Below, piece after piece: positions 1 through 13,117 of a stretch of DNA of 64,000 nucleotides. A program made the translations under genes and the position numbers. The stretch is from Marsupella aquatica. Its lineage: Eukaryota; Plantae; Marchantiophyta. The notes beneath the pieces are model-generated. The model worked only from the letters and a program-made list of their open reading frames with translations, was not told where the DNA came from and searched no databases. Position 1 is the first letter of the stretch. Each line of letters opens with the position of its first letter. The stretch is from the NCBI GenBank assembly GCA_973895155.1, contig OZ316892.1, forward strand, positions 25,443,233 to 25,507,232. Reading direction: 5' to 3'.

Positions 1-360
1 TCGATCAAAGCCTGACGGAGAGACCCACAGCAAATTCGAGGTATGGGATGGCCTTCAAGATCTGTGTCGTGCCACACGTTTAAGAACGATCTTCCAACGG
101 TAGATGAACAGGCTGGACTCCGAGAGGACATAGGAATCGAGTTCTTCGTTTGCAAGTTTTGCCTCGACTTTTACCACAATCGAGCATCCGGCAGCATCAA
201 GCATGAGGTCAATATCAGCTCTAGGTAAGGCCCTTAAACCTCGACCACTAGGGTCAGCGTGAATGGGAGCATAGTAAAATTCTACTTCCAATCTCTTCTC
301 GGATCTTTCAAACCCCTGGGTATGACTTTGACTTTTCGTCACAGGCCTAATCACTTTCAT
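1..360 (-). pseudogene. SAMDC: S-adenosylmethionine decarboxylase, N-terminal part, frameshifted (pseudogene or sequence error); at window edge
   Basis: GFERSEKRLEVEF...DPSGRGLRAL...LDSYVLSESSLFIY matches plant SAMDC, including the SESS self-cleavage site. The expected KTCGTTQILKAIP continues in a different frame after ~80, and that frame stops near position 5. Confidence 0.85.
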
Positions 361-947
361 GTGAAACAGACATCCCCATTCTGACAAAAGAGAATAAATC
401 AACAAGCTAGGAAGAGGTTTCCCCAAATGATGGGCTATGCAGTAGGAAAGGAGGCCTCCGTGCAGAAATCAAGTAGACCATTCCAGCCCATGGTCTGTAG
501 ACTCCCTTTGATTGGACTCCATTTCCTGATGGACTAAATGAATGCGCATGAGTAGTAGGGTTGAGTGCATCCTACGCATGAAGAGCCGACCCAGTCCTGG
601 AATTGTTCCAGGATTTCATTTGGATGTATCAAAATGGCTTCCTCACAGACTATTGACACAAGACATCATGACATTTGGCAATCAGGCAACATTTCAGGAT
701 AACAAAATGCATAATGAATGAGTGTTCGCGAAAACCCAAATGAGCCACACGGCTAGAACATTATGACAACGTTACCCAGAGTCCATCATTGCAAGGTAGA
801 CCAGGAGGTCAGCAACTAGAAGACTACCTAGTAAGACTACCAAATCCTGGTCTGACCTAGGTACCATTACGCACTAGACTTAGATTATTTGAATTTAGTG
901 ATGGGTAGGTTGAAATGAGATCAGGGGCTAAACTCACATCAGAGTAA

Positions 948-1076
948 CTATGAAATGCTTCTGAATTTCTTGACACCACCGTTCGGTTGCACATCCTCTA
1001 CCACGTGGCCAAGGGGAGACTCATATTGCCATAAGCTCCGATTGGGATCTTGCTTGTAACTTCCTTTAGCGTTCAT
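948..1076 (-). CDS. SAMDC conserved small upstream ORF (42 aa, C-terminally truncated)
   Basis: Hand translation MNAKGSYKQDPNRSLWQYESPLGHVVEDVQPNGGVKKFRSIS* resembles the plant SAMDC uORF peptide (YEAPLGYSIEDVRPNGGIKKFRS). It lies ~590 bp upstream of the SAMDC ATG on the same strand and is below the ORF-track cutoff. Confidence 0.85.
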   Translation of the reverse strand: MNAKGSYKQDPNRSLWQYESPLGHVVEDVQPNGGVKKFRSIS

Positions 1077-3798
1077 TAGAACAGTAAGGGTTTTTGCGAC
1101 CATCATATGAAAAGTGGCCTACTGCCAGATTTCATAAAAAAAACCCGACTATTTGACGGGCCATCAAGCAGCTGTAGGAAAGTGTGGATGAATTTTAGTC
1201 AAGCCTCTGGTAGCAGCAGTAGCAGCACCCTTCAGGTACCGGATCTGCCCTTCCCTTTGCCTATTTGAGTACGTCACATCTGTGAGCATCCATTCTTGTT
1301 TTCACAAGAATACGAACACAAGGTGCAGTCTCTTTAGATTCACCACCACGAGATGGGACATATAGGAGCACAAAACCCTCGGGACAATAAGGTAGAACAA
1401 TGAAAGCTTAAATTGAGTCTCCAACAAAGAAAATTGATCAATGCCAACCGATTCACGAGTTCAACATCAGAGAGAGTGGGAAACGAGTACAGGAATCTAA
1501 CTAGAAATTTCATAGCTTTAACTGGACTAGATGTCCTGCACATAGCGCAACTGATTTCCAACTGAGTCTGTCTGCAAATTGACTGACCTCGCAAAGGAGG
1601 TAATTGAACTCTAGTCTAGACAACCAGAGAGAAAGACATGATAAGGAGAAGCTCGCTAAATGTTCATCATCACAATCTTCAGCATTGAAAAGGCGGATGC
1701 CTGTTTAAATCATGCAACGCCTAATCAGTTGGACTTTTCTAAGGCGTGACGATCAAATCCTGCAATGGATGGTCGCAGCAACGTAATTGCCTTTTGTTTT
1801 GAATGCAACATACAGAATCCCTGATGACTTTTACAAGACCAAACAAGAGATACAAACAACTGTAGAGAAAATTGATACCACTCAAAAATGAAAGGTAGAA
1901 TCTCCACCCAAGGATGCTGAAGAGATATCCAAAGTCTCAACAGCAAGTCCATAAAGGCTGGACCCTAAACGGGACCCTAAAATTCACAATTCATAATATT
2001 TAGATGTACGATTACTCGGAAACCAACAACTGTCGGCCAACAACTCCTGTATGCCCGCAGAGGAGTAGAAGCTCACACCGTAGGGAAACACCCTGCAAGT
2101 CACAAACTCACCTCATCACCATAAAACGAACATGTACAACAGAGAGGAAGTGAACGCGAGGCATTCCCATAAAAGGTTTGTTGGCCAAACCAACGAGTGA
2201 ACAGTAGCAGCACAACCTCTAGTCTGACTGTTTCACAAACCCAATTCCTGATCCGAATCAATGGGGTCCAAGTCAGATATATTTGTTGACTGTCTGCAAT
2301 TTCACCTTCTTTTCGCAATGTGCTCATCAATCACAAAGGTCTCTCTTCTCCGCTAATGAATGCAAAGCAATGACTTCTTGCAAAACAAAAATATATAGCT
2401 GCCAAAAGACAAAAACTTCGTTCAAAATTATATGCTATGCTGCCAACGAACAAAATGCGCGTAGCCAGGACCCTGGATTCCAAAAGGCTGGTCGGTGACC
2501 CAAGGGAAGAAAACTAACATACTTTATGTTACTTTATTGTGCCTTGGAGTCGGGGGCCCACGAATTTGGACTGACCCCACTCTCGCGGCGTCGTCTAGCC
2601 TTCGTGTCAAATCTAGCTCGATGCAATTGACAATCTCGGGAGGCGCGAAAACAAGCCAACTGCAGCAATTCGCCGCCACCCAGTCTCAAATATCTCTTCG
2701 CCACGTGTTTGTTGCCTGAATGAATGAATGAGGAACAAAAGAAAAAGGATCGATGACAGTGCAGTAGCATCTCGAAAGGTTATTGGGTTGGTCGGACCTT
2801 CAAAGGTTATTGGGTTGGTCGGTATACTGTAAATTACACTGTTCACCATAATTAGTGTGTCTAACACTAATTCGAGAGTGCCCATTAGACACACTAATTC
2901 GAGAGCACCCATTTTCAGGGTTTATTCGCGAAATAGTGTTAGTCACACTAATTTTGTGCTAACACTATTTTCACGCACATGAAATAATGTTACTATGGTC
3001 TTAAAAGTGACAAAATACAAAGAAAAAGACTATTTTAAAAAATCCACAACAATTAGCATTACTTTGGACTAGAGATCATCCATTTTTTACAAGCAATTTA
3101 AACTAAACTGAAAAAAATTCATTTTAAAAACTGACAAAAATTAGTGTTACTTGGACTCAAAATCATTTTTATCAAAATTAATGTTAGTAACACTAATTTT
3201 GTACTAACATTAATTCTTGCATACACTAATTACGGTGAACAATGTATGTCTATTTCAAAAAAGGCAACCCCAATGGGTTACTATAAGACCATTCACTTCT
3301 GACCTGGGTATTTTGGTCCCCGTTTGTACTTGTCCGACAAATAAGGGGTCTGGACCCCAACAAATGATGTTTGTCACACCCGACCTGTCCCGGCCCCAGC
3401 CCACACCCTGCCCCCCCCGGTCCCAGCCTGCCCCAACCTGCCCACACCCCGCCCCGACCCAACCCTGACCAGCCCGGCCCGACCCCAGCCTGTCCCAGCC
3501 CCCCGACCCCGACCCCAAACCGGGGGGGGGGGGTGGGGGTGGGGGTGGGGGGCAGCTCACTAAACCCGGGGGAGTCCGGGAGGGGGTTGGGAAAGTCCAG
3601 GACCGGGATGGGAGGGGGTTGGGAAAGTTTGGGATCGGGCCAGGAGAGGGTTGGGAAAGTTTGGGGCCGGCCGGGGAAAATCGGCGAATATGCAATAAAT
3701 GACCCCTTTTGGAGTCGACAAATGACAAGGACACAACAACTTGTCCGTCAATTCAAACCAGGGATTACGGTAATTGGGTTTGTATATGAGCTGCTATA

Positions 3799-4142
3799 TG
3801 TTGAGCATAGACGACATTCGTAACGGCAAGCCCATGAACCATCCAACACACAAGAGTCGACACAGAGAGATACGTGGTTCACCTCCACATGAGGCTACAT
3901 CCACGGGAACATACAAGAGCTTTACTGCACTCTAGGCCGACCGGCCATACCAAGCATCCACAGCACAAGCTCTTCCTATCTCTCAACTAGCTCCATAACA
4001 ATGAGCCTTTGTTCCACCAGGGTCTGGCATCAGCCCTGGCTATATACACAACAGCACTACCGCTAACATTAGCTAAGTCCTAACTCGAGTTAGACTAACT
4101 GTGGTTAGCTCATGAGTCACAAGACTAGAGCAATATCTAACA
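3799..4142 (-). repeat. 3' LTR of copia-1
   Basis: Direct repeat of 10187-10530; TGTTGAG...CTAACA. Confidence 0.97.
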
Positions 4143-4340
4143 AACTCCCCCTTGACTCTTGTCTTGGGGATTGGACAAAATGCTACCATATGGATTCCTC
4201 AGCGGGAAGTTCTAGACAATCACCAAACCAGGTCTCCCCCTAAAAACCACAAAGGTTAACTAAGGGTTAACTAGAACTAAGGCGTAGCCTAACAGGAATG
4301 AATAATCCATATACAAATAGTCACACATTGCTAAATAACT

Positions 4341-7300
4341 CTACTTGCACTCCAACTGCAAAACCTGCGAAGTAGCACGGTGTCTTGAGAAACTCTCCAA
4401 AGGAATCACTTTGGTAAAGGCATCAGCGGGATTGAGCTTTTTATCAATCTTGACTAGCTCAAAAGTTTTATCAGACACTGCTTGCCTGATAAAATGGTAC
4501 CTGATATCAATGTGCTTCACCCTGCTATCCATCACCTGGTAGCAGCCAAGTGAAGAGCACTCTGACTATCACAGTTTAGAGTCATTTTTCCATGCTCTAA
4601 ACCCATCTCCGCGATCAACTTATCCAACCAAATTGCTTCCTTTGCTGCTTCTGCTGCTGCAATATACTCTGCTTCTGTAGTAGACTGAGAAATGCACTTC
4701 TGCAAGGTAGATTTCCAACTGATACATCCTCCTCCAAGAGTGTATACAAACCCAGTTGTAGACCTCCTTGTATCCAGACAGCCTCCATAGTCAGAATCTA
4801 CATAGCCAACTAACGTTCTATCTGATTTGTTATCAAATAGTAATCCATAGTCCTGTGTTCCCTTCAGATACTTGAGAATCCACTTCACAGCTTCCCAATG
4901 TACCTTCCCTGGATTTGACATGAATCTGCTAACCTTGCTCATCGCTAGGGCCAAGTCAGGCCTAGTACAAGTCATCAAATACATCAGACTGCCTACTGCC
5001 TTCTCATAAGGAATCTTAGCCATCAGACCTTTCTCCACAGCATCCGTAGGAGAGAAAGCCGATGATAACTTGAAATGTGAAGCTAAAGGAATACTCACTG
5101 GCTTACAGTTCTCCATGTTGAATCGTGCAAGTACTTTCCTGGCATACTGGCCTTGACTCAAGCACAACTGTCCAGTCTCAGAGTTCCTAAAAATCTCCAT
5201 CCCTAAGATCCTCTTGGCTTTACCAAGATCCTTCATCATGAATTCAGCACTCAATTTTGCCTTGAGACTGTCAACCTCAGATTGATCTTTAGCCACAATC
5301 AGCATGTCATCCACATAAATCACCAGAATGATGAAATCAAATACATCATTCTTGATTGATTGCGTATACACACAAGGATCATACACCATCCTTGTAAAAC
5401 CTTGAGCAAGCATGAAATCATCAAACCGCTTGTTCCACTGTCTGGGAGACTGCTTCAATCCATACAAGGACTTGAGCAATCTGTAAACTAAGTTCTCTTG
5501 GCCCTTCATAAGTTCTCTTGGCTCATAAAGATCAACTCTTCCAAGTTGCCATAGAGAAAAGCAGTAACAACATCCATCTGATCCATCACCAGACCAAAAA
5601 ACACAACAAGCTGACACAAGATCCGTATTGTGGAATACTTCGCCACCGGTGAAAAGACCTCATTGTAGTCCACTCCTTTCTCCTGAGTGAATCCCTTGGC
5701 AACAAGCCTTGCCTTGTAGATCTTGTCTCCACCCTCTGAAGGACTATCCTTCAACTTGTAAATCCACTTGCTGTCCACCACTTGCTGATCTCTTGGAAGC
5801 TCCACCAGCTCCCATGTCTTGTTGTCACTCAAAGATTGCAACTCCCTCTGCATTGCTGCATTCCACTCATGCTTCTGCTCTGAAGCACAAGCCTCACTGT
5901 ACGAGGAAGGTTCTCCTTCTTCCAAGATCAAAGCCATGTCATCATCATCAGGTGCAATGTCAATATCATCTAGCTTAGATGAGTCTGCCCATTGACCATA
6001 CCTGGTAGGAGCTCTAGTAGAACGACTGGAAGTTCTTCTAGTAGATGACTCAGGCTGATCTGCTGCTGCTGCTGGTTGAATTTGAGGTATCCCAACAACA
6101 ATCTGCTCCTCTTGTTCCATTACAGGAACCAGCTCCAAGCCCGGAGCTTCTCCATCTCTCCTGTCATGAACTGCATCATGACTAATCTCCCCCTCAACCT
6201 GGTCCGGGATGGGAGATTTTCCCTTGTCAGTATGGGAGTCCTGAGAACTCTCCCCCTCCTTTGATGATCTGGATTCATTAAAGGACACATATCTACTGAC
6301 AATTAGTTTACAGGTTATTGGATCCCATAACCTATAACCCTTCACACCTTTCTGATAGCCAAGGAAAATGCACTTCTTCGACTTGGTCTCCAACTTGGAT
6401 CAAAGCTGGGAAGGTGTAAGCACATAAGCATCACATCCAAAAATCCTTAGATGTGAGTAATCTGCTGGACGCCCGTACCTCATTTCAAATGGCGTCTTGA
6501 ATCCAATAGAACTGGATGGAGAAAAATTTACCAAATAAGCTGCAGTGTTGACAGCTTCAGCCCAAAACTCATGTGGTAAGCATGATTGACTCAACATACT
6601 CCTCGAGCGGTCCAATAGTGTTTGGTTGAGTCTCTTAGAAATACCATTCTACTGAGGAGTATAACTTGTTGTGAGATGGCGGGTAATCCCCTGCTCCTTA
6701 CAATACGTTCCAAATTCCCCGGAATTGTATTCACCGCCGTTATTCAATCAAAGATATCTCACCTTATTACCAGTCTGATTCTCAACTTGGGCTTTCCACT
6801 CCTTAAAAGTGGCAAAAACATCAGACTTATTGTGTAGAAAGTATATCCACACATACCTTGAGTAATCGTCTATGAACGTGACATAGTATAACCGTCCAGA
6901 ATGTGAGGGAGTAGGGGCTGGACCCCACACATCACTATGTACATACTCAAGTACCTCCTTGCTGGTGTGAGTTCCAACTCCGAAGGGTTTCCTGTGCTGC
7001 TTCCCTAGCACACAGTGCTCACAAAATTCCAACTTACAAGATTGCAAATTAGAAAGTAATATTTTCTTTTGAAGAATAACCAAACCTTTTTCACTCATGT
7101 GGCCCAAACGGAAGTGCCACAGCCGGGCCGTCTCCTCATGAGATAAGGTTACATTGGCTTCATCACAAACTACACTGCCCTCCAAAACGTATAGATTGCT
7201 ATGTCTCTTTCCCTTCAATACAACTTTAGTATCAGTTGAAACCTGAAGGACACCATTAGCAGAGCTCCACTGATGGCCATTTGCTTCTAAAACTCCAAGT

Positions 7301-8625
7301 GAAATGAGATTTTTCATCATGCTGGGAATATGTCTCACATTCCTCAACGTTCTCACAACACCATCAAACATCTGAAATCTTACAGATCCAAGTCCAACAA
7401 CTTGACATGGGATTCCATTTCCCATCAACACTGACCCGTTGGAAACCGTGTAAGAACTGAAACAATCTCTCCTAGAGCAAATGTGAAAAGTACATGCACT
7501 ATCTAGAATCCAGTCATCACTACCTGGATTTGACACTACGTTGAGAGCATAACCTTGACATCACAATATGTCATCATCATCGAGTAAATCTACCTCATGC
7601 GAGCTCGATACCGCATTAGCAGAGGCAGTAGGGACCTTTACTCGACAATCTCTTTTCATGTGGCCAGGCTTGCCACAATTCCAACATGCAAGAGGCTTCC
7701 TCTCTTGCAATTTTCCTCTGGATTTAGATCTTTCCCGTGATGTAGATCTAAACCTGTTCTGCCCATTCGTGCGTTGCGCTGCTCTTCCCCTGTTCACATT
7801 CAGCGCAGTGCCAGAAGAAGATGCTGTCTGTGATTGATCCAGCTTCTTTTGAGCATCATCGGATAGTAATGAGCTCACCACCTCATTATACGAAATGGAC
7901 TTCAAATCTCTGTACAAGAGCACCTATTTCAAGCCCTGATATGATGGCGGTAAGGAGCTTAGCAGAAGCAAAGCCTTATCCTCATCTTCAACTCCTTTTC
8001 CCAGGTTTGACAGATCCATCGCTAGACTGTCAAATTCATCCAGGTGATCTTGCATTTTGCTCCCTTCCTTGAGCCCGAGGCTCATCAAGAGAGACTTCTT
8101 GTAAAGCCGGTCTGACGCATCTTCCCGGTAGTACTTCTCTCTAAGAGCCTTGAACAGTGACGCGCAATCCGCATAATCATCCAGCTGCTTGATGATGTGC
8201 GGCTTGAGATATAGCATCACTGCATTGACAACAATCACCTGTTCCTGTCTCCACTGTCTCACAGAAATCTCCTCCTCTCCATCATACTGCTCTCGCGAAG
8301 AGAGCAGATGAGCTAAGCCCATGGCCCGAAGGACACCCTTCACTTGCTTCTCCCACAGCAAGTAATCAGTACGATCATCGTACTTCTCCACCTCAAACTT
8401 TACTCCTTCGAATCTAGCCATCTCCCTCTTCTTCCCTACTACCGACAGCTCTGGTAGTAACACAACTTCCTCCACTGCACGCCGCACCGGTGATCGTACC
8501 GGTGTCACTAGTTCCTCCTCAAACGGTAGCAGCTCCTCCTCAGACTCACCGTCTAATCGTCGCGATCCTGAAGCTCCACCGATGCCAATTCTTCCGGTAT
8601 CCTCTGAGTCACTCATATGAAACAA
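4341..8625 (-). pseudogene. copia-1 gag-pol (zinc knuckle, protease, integrase, RT, RNase H) with stops and frameshifts
   Basis: CWNCGKPGHMKRDC; WILDSACTFH; HFRLGH...CEHC; HSDVWGP; SKKCIFLGY; YKARLVAKGF; YVDDML; KHIDIRYHFIR. In-frame stops at ~7924, 7561, 6748 and 6650. Confidence 0.95.
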
Positions 8626-10172
8626 TCACGAAAAAACGTCTTTTTTCGAAACTTCTCATAAAACTCAAAACTCAACACCGCCGCGTAGCCCACGAAGCTA
8701 TGAGTCCAATACTGAAAGCCAAAATCAAAATCAAAATTCGACGGAAAAGTTATTCAAATTTCGGTCGGGGTGGGTAAAACCTTGGGAAACTCCCCCGTTT
8801 TGACCACCTCGGAGAATAACCAAAATACCCAGTACAACCCGTTGTCGGAATCGCGATGTGATTGGTGCGCCACGTTGCTAACTCCAGTGGCAACGTCCTC
8901 ACCAAAAAAGAACCAAAAAAGTTACCGTTCGACGGACGGAAGCTTTGTCGGACGGCCAAAAAACAGCTCTCTATTTTTTGGGAATATTCCCGCACAGTCC
9001 GACAGGTCTCACAACGGGCCGTTCGCCCTGTCCAAGCGATTAAAACGGAGGGCGGCAGGTCCCGGCACAAAGGGAAACCAATAAGGAGGGAAAAAAGGCA
9101 AAATAATGGCCCTAAAGGGGGTGCTTAAGCCCCTAATCAAAAAATACAGTATAAACGGGCGGGCCCCAAGGGCGTAAGGCCGGGAGTACGCCCTAGGGTT
9201 ACTAAGGCGGTGTATTAGAGCGGATGCATACGCAGCCGCGTACACATGCAGGGCCGGCCATACGACGTCAGGGCGGGGCCGAGGCAGCGACTGGCGTGGT
9301 ATGGCGGAGGGCGTATGAGCGCGCGAAAAGTGCCGGCCGGTGTTGCGCAGCTCGTCGCCGCGGCTGAAGGATGAGGGGAAAACAAGGTGCGGGGGGGTCG
9401 GGCGTACAAGGGGAAACGATGGGGGACCAAGGGCCGGGAGGGTGTGTATACACACCAAAAGTGGCCCTAACCTAAGATTTGACTTTAAAACAAAAAAGCC
9501 GTTTACACACCTTGAACGCCGCTGCTTCTCACGAGTAAAGTGAACGCCGCCGACAGGAAATGTTGTCGAATTGCACCAGCACAGTCTGCAGCTTCAGCAG
9601 AGAAAAAAATTTCCTCCGCGTCACACTCACTCCGCGTCAAGTGCCAATCCCGGACTCAAAACGACCGCTTCACCGTGATCAAACCGTTGAGCCGTAGCAC
9701 TTCGCGTTTCTTCCACCGAGTCGGACGTCACAAAGAGAAACCCGGTTCAGATGAGAACAAGCTCCATAGCTTGTGAAAAAACCTGAACGCCTCCGTCACT
9801 CGTCACGTCACACTTGGTAACAACTTGGCAACAAATCAGCTACCAAAACGACCAGCTTGCTTCAACCTTCAACTTGAGCTACAACATGCGACGCCTCCCG
9901 CACCGCACAGCTCACACTGTTGAAAACACAAACTCTGGTTTCTCCCCCGAAAAAACCGTCGAACACGAACAAAACCTGAACGACGCAAACTTCGATTCCT
10001 TCACACCACGGATACCGATCAGCGAGTTCTAACCACCGTTAGAAAGCCCTCTCACTAACCTATCCGCTCAGCCACACACATTCAAGTTTCATGCGATGAA
10101 ACTCCAAATGTACCATCGACAATGAACGCTGGAAAAACCTGTCACGAAAAAACCTCGTCACCTCCCAGGCAT

Positions 10173-10184
10173 GCTCTGATACCA
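10173..10184 (-). other. Primer-binding site (tRNA-iMet) of copia-1
   Basis: TGGTATCAGAGC on the minus strand, 2 nt from the 5' LTR. Confidence 0.95.
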
Positions 10185-10186
10185 CT

Positions 10187-10530
10187 TGTTGAGCATAGAC
10201 GACATTCGTAACGGCAAGCCCATGAACCATCCAACGCACAAGAGTCGACACAGAGAGATACGTGGTTCACCTCCACATGAGGCTACGTCCACGGGAACAT
10301 ACAAGAGCTTTACTGCACTCTAGGCCAACCGGCCACACCAAGCATCCACAGCACAAGCTCTTCCTATCTCTCAACTAGCTCCATAACAATGAGCCTTTGT
10401 TCCACCAGGGTCTGGCATCAGCCCTGGCTATATACACAACAGCACTACCGCTAACATTAGCTAAGTCCTAACCCGAGATAGACTAACTGTGGTTAGCTCA
10501 TGAGTCACAAGACTAGAGCAATATCTAACA
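10187..10530 (-). repeat. 5' LTR of copia-1
   Basis: Direct repeat of 3799-4142. Confidence 0.97.
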
Positions 10531-13117
10531 CTATATACAGGATATTGACTGGGTTCCCAAAGATCTAATGATTAGTATCCCAAGGTGCATCTGTTGGGAG
10601 ATACTAAAAAAAACCCAATAATCATTGGGCTTGCTTTTTGACATACCATCCTTGCTATATCCCATACTAAAAAAGAACAATCTTTTAAGTTGTATTTAAT
10701 GTAGACAGTAAGCAAATAGCGTACACAGTTGGAGACGCTCTAAGCGCACATTCCTCTAATTGCAAGGGTTCTGTTCTTCCTCTTTTCATCTACCGTATTG
10801 TACCTTTTTTTGCACTATGTGTAAGTGATCCATAAGACTGGATTTTACTAAACAGCAAATCTATAATTGCCAATCCTCTACAAGTGTTGATGAGCGCTTA
10901 TTGATAAGCACACATTTTTTTGGACATGGCTAGGTTCCATTTGAGGCTTGAGCTTGATGGCAAAAGTTTTGGCTAGCTGAGAGGTGGGAGAAATTGAACG
11001 GGGTCTTCAGTCCAGATGGCAAATGGACTCCTGTTGACAGGAAATGCAATGTTGGGGGCAGTGGAAGGTGAAGTGGACCAGGCAACAACCTGTTCAATTG
11101 AGGTGGGCACCTCAATCGACAATGCCATTGGTACTGAAGATGTTGTGCAGTCAGCTGCTTGAGAGGAATAGGAAGTACAATCTACCAACTCTAATGTAGG
11201 CTCTCAGGAAAATGCCCAAGCCTGCACTTATCCACAATATGCACTATGCTATAAGAGCACGGGATGTTTTATGCACTTCTCCATATGTGCATGGTTGTAC
11301 AACCCAATAAGTGCAAGGGAAATCACCTATGCACTTTCTTGTATCTGTTGTTAGGTTTGCACACATCTTCTCATATCCTGAGTCTGTATACTACATGATT
11401 CAACTTGATAAGTGCATGAAACCACTCCCAAAACTTATTGTGTGCTGCACTTATCAATAACTGCTTCTATGTGTGCATTGCAGTAACTGATAATTAAATA
11501 ATGCATGTGTACACTTACAGACAGAAATGCAGTTATGTATTTGTAGTCTAGTGAGGGTCTACCTGCACTAATGCACAATGTATTTGGTTGCATTTTCCAA
11601 TTAAAGCACTGTAAAAACATGGGACTACATGACCTACTGCAGTTAACCACAGAATGCACTTATACACATTACAATTATGCAGGGTAGTCTGTATGTTCAA
11701 GTTTCATTTATTACAAAGTATCGGCACAATGTTTGAGCCCCTATGGCTGTTCATTCACTTTGTGGAGCTTGATCTGTCATTGCCAACGCACCTTGGCAAC
11801 ATTCCCCTTGTGTTTCCTGACAATTGCAAATCTAACAAATAGATCTAAACCACTGTTTTATCAATAAGTGCCAATTCCACATGTCTGCACTTATAACTTA
11901 ATGCAAACCCTTGTTAGTGCTCACCAAATGTTTCTTGCTAGGAGTGTGCACTTAGAGAAAGATGACAATATGAGGGTGTCTCAAACCCGCTATCCTGCAG
12001 AGATTTCCTGTGACCAGAATGTCACTCATAATGTCATGGGTCAAATCTGTGGTGGTTGGCTAATACTATCGCCACTAGCTTGGGCAGTCAGTGCACCCGC
12101 TTATGCACCAAAAAATTGTTGGCACAAATGTGTCCTTCCAAAAAATAAATGTGACACGGTGGGTTGGCGACCCATCTCAAACTAAAATCTGTTGAGTGAA
12201 GATACCCAAAAGTTGGTTTTTGATTGGGATTGTCACCTTAAATCTCGCCTTAAATTTCCGTCATTGGAATCAACTGGCTTTGATCAGTTGGCCAGGGGAT
12301 TAGCCTGGAACCGAGAGGTCCTAGTTTCAATCCCCCTTCCACATGCAAGATGTGTAGACTGTGTGTGTGGGTGGGTGGGGTGGAGTGGGGTGTAGTGGTG
12401 GTGGTATTGGTTTCTCCTCAGCCCTTGGTTAGTTTGCTTTTGGGCCCTGGTCTAGGTGGATCCCTGATCCCTAGGTATGTCCATTATAGAGGCGTATTCT
12501 CTGGATTAGATCATCTATCCTATGTCGGCTGGGTATGCTTTCAGTTTCAAGGCTGAAGAAATGTCAGGAAACAGGTGAGCACGTTTGAGACACCATAGTA
12601 CATTAGCCACACACACATCAATCATGCAATCATTTGTATTTTTTAATTTGGCCTTGAAAGCCAAGAGCAGACACATCCAACAAAGGATAGACATTCTGCT
12701 CCAGAGCATGTAATTCTGTAGTGTAGCCACTAGGGAGAAGAGACCCAGGAATCCAACAGAGACCCAAACCAGGAGGGATATAAGGTTAAGAGCCAACTTG
12801 CATGTGAGCATATAGGCAAGAATGAGAACAATGCCTTACCCCTCCCATGCCCAGGCCTTACAGCAAAAGAATATGAGTTACTAGGGCAAGAGCCATATAT
12901 ATCTGGGCCTTGAGCTCAAACTCCAGGATTAAACAAAATCCCATACAAGACACATTTTGTGAAACTATGCCATTGCAAGCTCTGCCATGCGCCAGGCAAC
13001 AGATGTTGTTGTCAAACTAAACCTGCTGTTTCCCTAATGGTTTGCAAATGCCAAGGGCCATATTGTTGAGTACCTTCACATTGGGCTTCACATGCAAGTT
13101 GGCTCTAAACTAAGGCT

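Larger units (their letters stand above)
3799..10530 (-). mobile_element. Ty1/copia LTR retrotransposon (copia-1), full length, decayed
   Basis: Two 344-bp TG...CA LTRs with 6 differences by manual comparison; TSD CTATA (3794-3798 and 10531-10535); tRNA-iMet PBS; PPT near 4145-4154; domain order gag-PR-IN-RT-RH. Confidence 0.97.
3244..10646. repeat. Possible MITE-like inverted-repeat element split by copia-1; internal C-rich/G-rich low-complexity tract 3380-3690
   Basis: gtatgtc..aaaaaaggcaaccccaatg at 3244 is an imperfect inverted copy of cattgggcttgctttttgacatac ending at 10646. Confidence 0.35.

Noticed and set aside
3217-3823. Pro/Gly-rich ORFs on both strands
   Set aside because: Artefacts of C- and G-run low-complexity sequence; no domain motifs.
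6645-6660. Same TPQ*N stop in the integrase of both copia elements (also ~23658-23660) as a recoding signal
   Set aside because: It hits the conserved PQQNG catalytic region and is best explained by recurrent CAG-to-TAG deamination.
8630-10170. Extra (env-like) gene in the long copia leader, also 34850-36450
   Set aside because: Only short ORFs, not conserved between the two related elements; this is a GC-rich 5' untranslated leader.
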